Positions 1 to 6,686 of a stretch of DNA of 20,000 nt are shown piece after piece (the first letter of the stretch is position 1; the number at the start of each line of letters is the position of its first letter). The DNA comes from an uncultured virus (IMG/VR IMGVR_UViG_3300040815_003350) (lineage: Duplodnaviria > Heunggongvirae > Uroviricota > Caudoviricetes): the IMG/VR virus record IMGVR_UViG_3300040815_003350. The stretch is one strand, 5' to 3'. Below the pieces are notes generated by a model, which worked only from the letters and a program-made list of their open reading frames with translations, was not told where the DNA came from and searched no databases. A program made the translations under genes and the position numbers.

Positions 1-813
1 GATGGGAATGGAAAATTTACTTCTGGAACAGCCCCTTCGAGTGTTCATAACCCCACAAAAAATTTAATACTTACTGCTACTGACCTGAATGGAAATGATG
101 TAAAAAATTATTTAGTAGCTGAAGGAGGAGGTAGGATTAAATTTACAGATAAATCAAATAATGAAAATTATATTATTAGAAATTTTCAAAGATCTTTTAT
201 TTTAAGGGGGAAAAACCATTTTAGCAATAAATACTATGTGGTGTTTACTAATCTAGAAACCATAGCAGAAAGCGGGACTTATGAAGATGAAGATGCCACA
301 TATTGTGTTGAAGTTATGCCTACTGATATGGGACATGGCACTAACACTACAGGGGGTACCCCTAATGTTATTTATTCACCCTTGGTAACCCACCGCCAAA
401 GATTTCAAGATTATAATGAACTTTTAAGAATTGGAAGAAGATATGAAGGAGGATACAGAAGTGGAAATCCTTATGGGTTTGATAATTCTGTAGCAGGTGC
501 TGAAATATCCGTAAATTGTTGGGTAAATACAGGCAACACCCCAAACAATACATATAGAAGTTCGGGCACATTTTCCCAAACTTTTGGAGACGACGGGGTA
601 GCTTCTTCCCCTTTACTTTGGACCTCTGCTAATATCATGACAAGAGGAAGTAATGGAATTGGTGCCCTCCCAGTATTTCGACCTGAATATCTAAGAAAAA
701 TAGATGATGTTGGAGCTTACCTTGTGCTTAAATTTAGCAAGAATGATAACTGGCCCGAAGCTGATTCTTCAGCTTGGGTAACTACAAGAATATTCTACAC
801 TAATAGAAACTAA
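1..813 (+). CDS. 5'-truncated hypothetical protein, probably virion structural/fibre protein (C-terminal part)
   Basis: Frame 1 is open from base 1 ([14 protein letters not shown]...) to TAA at 811-813, so the GTG at 238 is not the true start. G/S/T/N-rich composition and fibre-gene context. Confidence 0.6.
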   Translation, partial: DGNGKFTSGTAPSSVHNPTKNLILTATDLNGNDVKNYLVAEGGGRIKFTDKSNNENYIIRNFQRSFILRGKNHFSNKYYVVFTNLETIAESGTYEDEDATYCVEVMPTDMGHGTNTTGGTPNVIYSPLVTHRQRFQDYNELLRIGRRYEGGYRSGNPYGFDNSVAGAEISVNCWVNTGNTPNNTYRSSGTFSQTFGDDGVASSPLLWTSANIMTRGSNGIGALPVFRPEYLRKIDDVGAYLVLKFSKNDNWPEADSSAWVTTRIFYTNRN

Positions 814-818
814 TAAAG

Positions 819-3263
819 ATGTTATTATATAATGCTTCTTCATCTTTTGCTTTAAGCTTATCATCATCTAATAATTTAGTTGACAATAGAATACAATTCA
901 TTTTTAGAAATTCTGAAAACACTTCATCAAATTCCCCACTTGTTCTTCATGTAAGCGGTACAGATGATCCTCGTGTAGGTATTGGTTTTCCTTCTAATGA
1001 AAAACCCCTCCAAACCTTAGATATAAAATCTGTAAAAGATTCCTCACAAGGTGCCGAACTTTTAATAAGAAGCTCTAGACAAACTGTAGGCGCCCTCCCT
1101 GGAGACTCAGCAGGTAAAATTAACTTTACAATTGACAGTGGAAGTTTCGCAAAAGTAGACTCTTCAGGATCAGTAGCTGTTATTGATGCTATTGTTAGTA
1201 CTGCTACTAAGGAGGGGGTTTTTGGAGCTTTATCTTTTAAAGTAGCAGAAGGTGTTTCTGAAGAAGCAACCGAAATAATAAATATATCTTCTACAGATAC
1301 AACCATATCTGGATCTGTAATAACGTTAGGATCTATAACAGCTTCTGTTATAAGTGCTAGTGAAAATATAGAAGCTCCTAATTTTATTGTACCTAGTGGA
1401 GGAGCGCTTAAACTTAGTAACAACATATCAAGTATTGGGGTAAATACTTCCAACATAATTTTTAGTAATAGTGGAAATGAAATTTTTAGGTTAGGAAATA
1501 GTGAAGGAGCAGTATTTAATAATAATGGAGCTTCTGGATTAGATTTTAGAATAGAGGGTGATACTGATACCCATTTATTTTTTGTTTCGGGTAATATAGA
1601 TAAAATAGGTATAGGTACTAGTACCCCAAGCGAAAAATTAACTGTAGAAGGTAATATAAGCTCTAGTGGAGCTTTAACTACGTCAGGAGTTAAAATTACA
1701 AATCTTTCTACTACAACAGAAACAGAATACATAGTAGTAGACTCAGATGGTAACTTAAGTAAAAGATCAGCAGGTGCTTCGGGTACCTCAGGTACCTCAG
1801 GCGAATCAGGTACCTCAGGTACTTCAGGCTTATCAGGTACTTCAGGTACCTCAGGCGAATCAGGTACTTCAGGCGAATCCGGTACTTCAGGTACTAGTGG
1901 CTCATCAGGTACCTCAGGCGAATCAGGCACCTCAGGCGAATCAGGTACTTCAGGTACCTCAGGTACTTCAGGCGAATCAGGTACTTCAGGTACCTCAGGT
2001 ACTTCAGGCGAATCAGGTACCTCAGGTACTTCAGGCTTATCAGGTACTTCAGGTACCTCAGGCGAATCAGGCACCTCAGGCGAATCAGGTACTTCAGGTA
2101 CCTCAGGTACTTCAGGCGAATCAGGCACCTCAGGCGAATCAGGTACTTCAGGTACCTCAGGTACTTCAGGCGAATCAGGTACTTCAGGTACCTCAGGTAC
2201 TTCAGGCGAATCAGGCACCTCAGGTACTTCAGGCGAATCAGGTACTTCAGGCGAATCAGGTACTAGTGGCTCATCAGGTACCTCAGGTACTTCAGGTACT
2301 TCAGGCGAATCAGGTACCTCAGGTACTTCAGGCGAATCAGGTACTAGTGGCTCATCAGGTACCTCAGGTACCTCAGGCGAATCAGGTACTTCAGGTACCT
2401 CAGGTACTTCAGGCGAATCAGGTACTAGTGGCTCATCAGGTACCTCAGGTACTTCAGGTACTTCAGGCGAATCAGGTACCTCAGGTACTTCAGGCGAAGA
2501 TGGTACCTCAGGTACTTCAGGCGAATCAGGTACTAGTGGCTCATCAGGTACCTCAGGTACTTCAGGCGAATCAGGTACTTCAGGTACCTCAGGCGAATCA
2601 GGTACTTCAGGTACTTCAGGTACCTCAGGAGAAGATGGCACTTCAGGTACCTCAGGTGAAAATGGTTCTTCAGGTACCTCAGGCGAATCAGGTACTTCAG
2701 GTACTAGTGGAGCATCACCTACTATAGGAGGATCTAATACTCAAATTCAATACAACAATAACGGTTCTTTAGGAGGTGATTCTGATCTTACATGGAATAA
2801 TAGTACTAATACTTTAAGTGTGAAATCTGGTTCTATAGATTATTTAGCAATAAACGATAGACTTCAAGGTAATGGTGCTGGTTTTCAATTTTTTGCTTTT
2901 AATGAAGATACAACAAAATTAAAATTTGTAAATTGGTATACAGATAATGATAATCAATATGGTATGGGTATGTTGTGGTACGAAACTTGGTTTGGTGCTA
3001 TTGATACTGATGGTGATGCTAATGATATAAATAGACGTATTGGGTTTTATCTCGAAGAACCTAACTCTGGATCTACTGACTCCCCATCAGGAGTAACCGG
3101 TGTACACCCTTCAAATGCCCGTTTTTATGTTGATGTTACTGGTTCTTATGTTGCTAGTGGCAGTTTAACAGTGACAGATGCCAATTTTAAAGTATCTTCT
3201 AGTGGTGATGTAACTATAGCAGGAGAATTATCAGCGAATATAATTAACGGAGGCACATTCTAA
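819..3263 (+). CDS. Putative tail fibre/virion fibre protein with a long collagen-like (Gly-X-Ser)n segment
   Basis: 814-aa ORF. Fibre-type motifs ([52 protein letters not shown]), 105 G-X-Y triplets, and C-terminal INGGTF shared with 6195-6671. Confidence 0.75.
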   Translation: MLLYNASSSFALSLSSSNNLVDNRIQFIFRNSENTSSNSPLVLHVSGTDDPRVGIGFPSNEKPLQTLDIKSVKDSSQGAELLIRSSRQTVGALPGDSAGKINFTIDSGSFAKVDSSGSVAVIDAIVSTATKEGVFGALSFKVAEGVSEEATEIINISSTDTTISGSVITLGSITASVISASENIEAPNFIVPSGGALKLSNNISSIGVNTSNIIFSNSGNEIFRLGNSEGAVFNNNGASGLDFRIEGDTDTHLFFVSGNIDKIGIGTSTPSEKLTVEGNISSSGALTTSGVKITNLSTTTETEYIVVDSDGNLSKRSAGASGTSGTSGESGTSGTSGLSGTSGTSGESGTSGESGTSGTSGSSGTSGESGTSGESGTSGTSGTSGESGTSGTSGTSGESGTSGTSGLSGTSGTSGESGTSGESGTSGTSGTSGESGTSGESGTSGTSGTSGESGTSGTSGTSGESGTSGTSGESGTSGESGTSGSSGTSGTSGTSGESGTSGTSGESGTSGSSGTSGTSGESGTSGTSGTSGESGTSGSSGTSGTSGTSGESGTSGTSGEDGTSGTSGESGTSGSSGTSGTSGESGTSGTSGESGTSGTSGTSGEDGTSGTSGENGSSGTSGESGTSGTSGASPTIGGSNTQIQYNNNGSLGGDSDLTWNNSTNTLSVKSGSIDYLAINDRLQGNGAGFQFFAFNEDTTKLKFVNWYTDNDNQYGMGMLWYETWFGAIDTDGDANDINRRIGFYLEEPNSGSTDSPSGVTGVHPSNARFYVDVTGSYVASGSLTVTDANFKVSSSGDVTIAGELSANIINGGTF
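1773..2717 (+). repeat. Coding 9-bp tandem repeat (TCAGGTACY / TCAGGCGAA units) encoding 105 Gly-X-Ser/Asp/Asn triplets
   Basis: 945 nt = 105 x 9 nt with Gly at every third residue (GTS, GES, GSS, GLS, GED, GEN, GAS). The block GGTACTAGTGGCTCATCAGGTACC recurs five times. Confidence 0.95.
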
Positions 3264-3565
3264 TGGCTACACAAAGAATACCATTTAAGTGGAATACCGC
3301 TAATTTTCAATGGAATAGTAACCCATATACATGGGATGACTGTGCTATAACGCAAGAAGTTGTAGATGCGATAAGGCGGGGTGGATCATATCAAGAAGTG
3401 TTTAAAGACACTAAAAAAAAGAAAAAGTTTATAAAACTTATATGTAAAGTAGAAGGTGTAGAATATAAGGAAACTAAAGAGATAAAAAAAAGGCAAATAC
3501 GTATAACGGACGTAGCACTTGTTGCCAAAGAAGTGCTTGGTGTTGATATTAAAGTAGAAATATAA
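3263..3565 (+). CDS. Hypothetical phage protein (100 aa; Trp-repeat N-terminus, basic C-terminus)
   Basis: TAATG coupling on both sides. N-terminal FKWNTANFQWNSNPYTWDD. Confidence 0.7.
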   Translation: MATQRIPFKWNTANFQWNSNPYTWDDCAITQEVVDAIRRGGSYQEVFKDTKKKKKFIKLICKVEGVEYKETKEIKKRQIRITDVALVAKEVLGVDIKVEI

Positions 3566-4137
3566 TGTACAAACTATTTACAGATAAAACCGAACTCTTT
3601 GAGTGCGATATAAAATTAACAGGTGCTTCTTTAAAAAACAGCCAAGCCCGCTTATTAATTGAATCAGATGATCTAGCCTTAGTATTTAAAGGTAAAATCA
3701 CATCAGATGGCAAATGCCAAATCCCAGTAAAAAAACTAAAAGGTTTATTACCCGAAAACACACAGGGTAACATTCAATTAGAGGTTATAGCAGAAGATAC
3801 TTATTTTACTCCTTGGGAATCTAAATTTACAGTTGATACTTCAAGAAAAATCACTGTTGAAGTTAAATCTCAACAAACAGAAGATCTTATCACAGAATCA
3901 AAACCACAAGTTTCTGTAAAAAATGTTAAGGAAAACGTGTCTATTCACGAAAGAGAACATATCGTCAAGCTACTACGATTATTAGTAAAAGAGGATATTA
4001 ACCTTAAAAACCTCTCGATTAAAAAAGATAAACTTAACAATTTAGTAGGAACTTACCTTCAAGAAAATAAAGTAGATTCTAAACAAAGAAAAACTATTAT
4101 TGACGGTTTGCTCTACGGGTTGTCTAAAATAGACTAA
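3565..4137 (+). CDS. Hypothetical phage protein (190 aa), possibly beta-sandwich structural/adaptor protein
   Basis: TAATG-coupled ORF with an alternating beta-strand pattern in the N-terminal half. Function not recognisable. Confidence 0.65.
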   Translation: MYKLFTDKTELFECDIKLTGASLKNSQARLLIESDDLALVFKGKITSDGKCQIPVKKLKGLLPENTQGNIQLEVIAEDTYFTPWESKFTVDTSRKITVEVKSQQTEDLITESKPQVSVKNVKENVSIHEREHIVKLLRLLVKEDINLKNLSIKKDKLNNLVGTYLQENKVDSKQRKTIIDGLLYGLSKID

Positions 4138-4138
4138 T

Positions 4139-4780
4139 ATGCCCTTTGATTTTACGGGTCAAAATATAGAAAATACGTACCAAAGGTTAGTTCAAACTGA
4201 TGGTACTTCTTATTATGACGGGACAGGGTCTTTATTAGATTTAGGAGGTGGAGCTCAAAATTTACAATCTGTACTTAATCAAGGAGCTTCTACCTCAATT
4301 ACTATTACTTCAAGTGCTGAAACTGCTATAATCGCAAGTGGTACTGGTAGTTTTGCTCATTTAAGAGCTACTGTAATAGAAGGTAATTCTCCTTTAACCC
4401 TTAAAGATGTAGCTGAAATCAATTTTGATAACGCTGATTTATTTGGAAACACTATTTTCCACTCAGATGTAAACATTTATAGTGGATCAGCTTTTTTAGG
4501 GGAAAACGATGCTGATATTTTTAGAGAAAACCCCACAAATATACAATTTGGGGGGGTTGGTTTAGAAACTTTAGTACGGGGTAAAGGTCTTACACTTGAT
4601 ATTGGAGACCAAACCCAACCTTCTTCAGATAATATTTTTTTAGTTAAAATAGAAGATGACACTAAATTTACAATTAACAACCAAGGTGTAACAATATTAG
4701 GAGAACAAACTTCTACTCCTACCGCAGTTGAAGGAGGAATTTATTATTCTTCTAGCGCATTTTTCGTAGGAGTTGAATAA
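4139..4780 (+). CDS. Putative virion fibre/adaptor protein (213 aa)
   Basis: Shares the internal module GSFxHLxATxIEGNSPL...LFGNxIFHxDxNIYSGSA with 6195-6671. Ends PTAVEGGIYYSSSAFFVGVE. Confidence 0.65.
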   Translation: MPFDFTGQNIENTYQRLVQTDGTSYYDGTGSLLDLGGGAQNLQSVLNQGASTSITITSSAETAIIASGTGSFAHLRATVIEGNSPLTLKDVAEINFDNADLFGNTIFHSDVNIYSGSAFLGENDADIFRENPTNIQFGGVGLETLVRGKGLTLDIGDQTQPSSDNIFLVKIEDDTKFTINNQGVTILGEQTSTPTAVEGGIYYSSSAFFVGVE

Positions 4781-4786
4781 CATATA

Positions 4787-4794
4787 TATTTATA
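4787..4794 (+). promoter_or_regulatory. TATTTATA motif, candidate phage late promoter
   Basis: The same octamer occurs in intergenic gaps at 6118-6125 and 16066-16073, with variant TATGTATA at 6675-6682, each upstream of a + strand start. Confidence 0.5.
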
Positions 4795-4818
4795 TTAAAC
4801 ATTGAAAAATAGATTAAA

Positions 4819-5748
4819 ATGGCAGAATGGAAAAAAGTAGTCGTTAGTGGTAGCGACATATCACAGTTAAACAACGATTCAAATTATATAGCAGATGGAG
4901 ACTCAAGTGTTTCTATATCTGGCTCGTTCAGTGGTTCTTTCCAAGGAGATGGCTCAGGACTAACAGGCCTCCCAGCAGCAGCAATTTCAGCTTATAATAA
5001 TGCTGCTGATAATAGAGTAATTACCTCTGTAGATTCTTCTACAGTTCAAGGTGAAGCAAATTTAACGTTTAACGGTTCTACTTTAGGAGTAACAGGTAAT
5101 ATTACTGTTACAGGTACAGTAGATGGTGTAAATGTATCACAATTAGAAACGGATTTTAATACACTAGAAGGTAAAACATTAATTTCAAGCTCGGCACAAA
5201 TAACTTATGGTGATAGTGCTGACCAAGCAGTTGAAGGTAATACCAATATTACAATTAATGTTGCTTCTGGTGAGTTAACCAGAGATGTTGGTAATGCGGC
5301 TCAGGCCTTAGGTGGTGCCCCTTCATACACACTTGGATTAGCTGACACAATCTCAGGTAATAGAACATTTTCAGGTCAAACCATTACATTTAATAATGAT
5401 ATTGTTGTTCAAGGTACAGCCTCATTCCAAAATTCAACTAATTTAGAAGTAGCTGACCAATTTATTCTCTTAAATTCGGGTTCGACAACTGATAATTCAC
5501 CTGGTGGTATTATTATCCAACAAAATACCCAAGATGAAGGTGTTGCTTTTGCTTATGATGCTGCTGCTGATAGCAATAACGGGAGATGGGGCACCACAGA
5601 TGCTGTAAATGCTTCAGGTACAACATTTAGTGCTGATGCTTATGTTTCCTATGTAGTAGATATTGATGCTGGTCAATCTGATGTTGCCAAATATCAACAA
5701 AATGGTAACATTAAGGTTGATAGTGGAGATATTTTCATTTATGCTTAA
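4819..5748 (+). CDS. Putative tail fibre protein (309 aa)
   Basis: S/G/T-rich with fibre motifs (SGSFSGSFQGDGSGLTGL, NNAADNRVITS...GEANLTFNGSTL, NLEVADQFILLNSG). N-terminus WKKVxxSGS shared with 6195-6671. Confidence 0.7.
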   Translation: MAEWKKVVVSGSDISQLNNDSNYIADGDSSVSISGSFSGSFQGDGSGLTGLPAAAISAYNNAADNRVITSVDSSTVQGEANLTFNGSTLGVTGNITVTGTVDGVNVSQLETDFNTLEGKTLISSSAQITYGDSADQAVEGNTNITINVASGELTRDVGNAAQALGGAPSYTLGLADTISGNRTFSGQTITFNNDIVVQGTASFQNSTNLEVADQFILLNSGSTTDNSPGGIIIQQNTQDEGVAFAYDAAADSNNGRWGTTDAVNASGTTFSADAYVSYVVDIDAGQSDVAKYQQNGNIKVDSGDIFIYA

Positions 5749-5770
5749 TAAAAAATAAAAAATAAAGGTT

Positions 5771-5947
5771 ATGGGATTGTTAGATAAAGTAAAACAGCAA
5801 CAAAAAGTTTCAAATAATTTGGATTCTTCTGAAATTGAATTTATATTATCGCTAATAAAAAATTCTACTTTTAAAGGGGAAAATTTAGATATCCTCTATA
5901 AAATAGCAATTAAGTTACAAAATCAATACACAGAAATATCCAAATGA
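5771..5947 (+). CDS. Small helical protein, 58 aa (MGLLDKVKQQQKVSNNLDSSEIEFILSLIKNSTFKGENLDILYKIAIKLQNQYTEISK), possible fibre assembly chaperone
   Basis: Translated by hand; absent from the ORF track. Fills the gap, overlaps the next ORF by ATGA, and is similar to it. Confidence 0.7.
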   Translation: MGLLDKVKQQQKVSNNLDSSEIEFILSLIKNSTFKGENLDILYKIAIKLQNQYTEISK

Positions 5948-6108
5948 CGTACGACGTAAATGAATTAAGTGTCTTAAGAGAATCATTAAACCACATAACA
6001 ATAAAAGGAAGTGATGCTCAACAAGTAGCAGCTCTCCAAACAAAGTTAGAACAAAATATTTCTAACTTAAATACCCCTAAAACTACAAAGAGGACCACAT
6101 CCAAGTGA
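5944..6108 (+). CDS. Small helical protein, 54 aa (MTYDVNELSVLRESLNHITIKGSDAQQVAALQTKLEQNISNLNTPKTTKRTTSK), probable paralogue of the preceding ORF
   Basis: Translated by hand. ATGA coupling and a shared E-[IL]...T-[FI]-K-G...K-L pattern. Confidence 0.7.
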   Translation: MTYDVNELSVLRESLNHITIKGSDAQQVAALQTKLEQNISNLNTPKTTKRTTSK

Positions 6109-6194
6109 TCCTTTTTGTATTTATAACAAATTGTTGGCCCGTAAGGGAAGTGGGCACCACACTTTTGGTGTAACCAACCGCAATAAAAAAGGAT
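6108..6194 (+). ncRNA. Candidate structured cis-regulatory leader RNA upstream of fibre gene 6195
   Basis: GC-rich island in AT-rich intergenic DNA. CCC-GTAA-GGG GNRA hairpin (6138-6147), GCACCA/TGGTGT hairpin (6154-6171), closing helices, and an outer 13-bp stem (6108-6121 with 6182-6194) ending immediately before the ATG. Confidence 0.55.
6118..6125 (+). promoter_or_regulatory. TATTTATA motif, candidate late promoter lying inside the 5' arm of the outer stem
   Basis: Recurrent intergenic octamer (also at 4787 and 16066). Confidence 0.5.
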
Positions 6195-6671
6195 ATGCCA
6201 AACTGGAAAAAAGTAATTACATCAGGTAGTAATGCCAACTTAAATTCCCTCTTAGTAGGAGAAATCACAGCCTCAGGTAACATTAGTGGTTCAATTACGG
6301 GTTCATTTAAACACCTTAAAGCTACAACAATTGAAGGTAACTCACCACTTATTATTAAGGGTGTTAGTGACTTAACATTTGCCGATCCTGGAGATGGTGT
6401 TACTTTCTCAAATACAAACTTATTTGGTAACCCTATATTTCACGGTGACATAAACATTTATAGTGGATCAGCAATGCTTGATGAAATTGATCAAGTTATT
6501 TTTAGATCTACTAATGAAAACCAACCAGCAGATGGTTTTCTACAATTAGGGGATAATGGAACCCATACTGAATTACGCGGAAATGGGATTAAACTAACTA
6601 GTGTTTTAACAGCTTCTGTAATAAGTTGTAGTGGAGAATTTATAAGCACAATAAATGGAGGCACTTTTTAA
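6195..6671 (+). CDS. Putative short fibre/adaptor protein (158 aa)
   Basis: Mosaic: WKKV N-terminus like 4819, internal module like 4139, INGGTF C-terminus like 819. Confidence 0.7.
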   Translation: MPNWKKVITSGSNANLNSLLVGEITASGNISGSITGSFKHLKATTIEGNSPLIIKGVSDLTFADPGDGVTFSNTNLFGNPIFHGDINIYSGSAMLDEIDQVIFRSTNENQPADGFLQLGDNGTHTELRGNGIKLTSVLTASVISCSGEFISTINGGTF

Positions 6672-6686
6672 TAATATGTATATACA

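Noticed and set aside
947..2641. 564-aa minus-strand ORF (PEVPEVPDS repeats)
   Set aside because: Shadow of the stop-free 9-bp repeat and the biased codons of the + strand fibre gene. All credible genes here are on the + strand.
1773..2717. Possible CRISPR array
   Set aside because: Contiguous 9-bp coding units with no unique spacers and no cas genes.
1774..2727. 317-aa alternative-frame ORF (QVPQVLQAN repeats)
   Set aside because: Coincides with the repeat and is open only because the unit has no stop in this frame. No independent start signal.
3413..3430. A_AAA_AAG slippery heptamer in the 100-aa ORF
   Set aside because: Lies in a poly-Lys tract in AT-rich DNA, with no evident downstream stimulator, and the -1 frame stops within about ten codons without a meaningful product.
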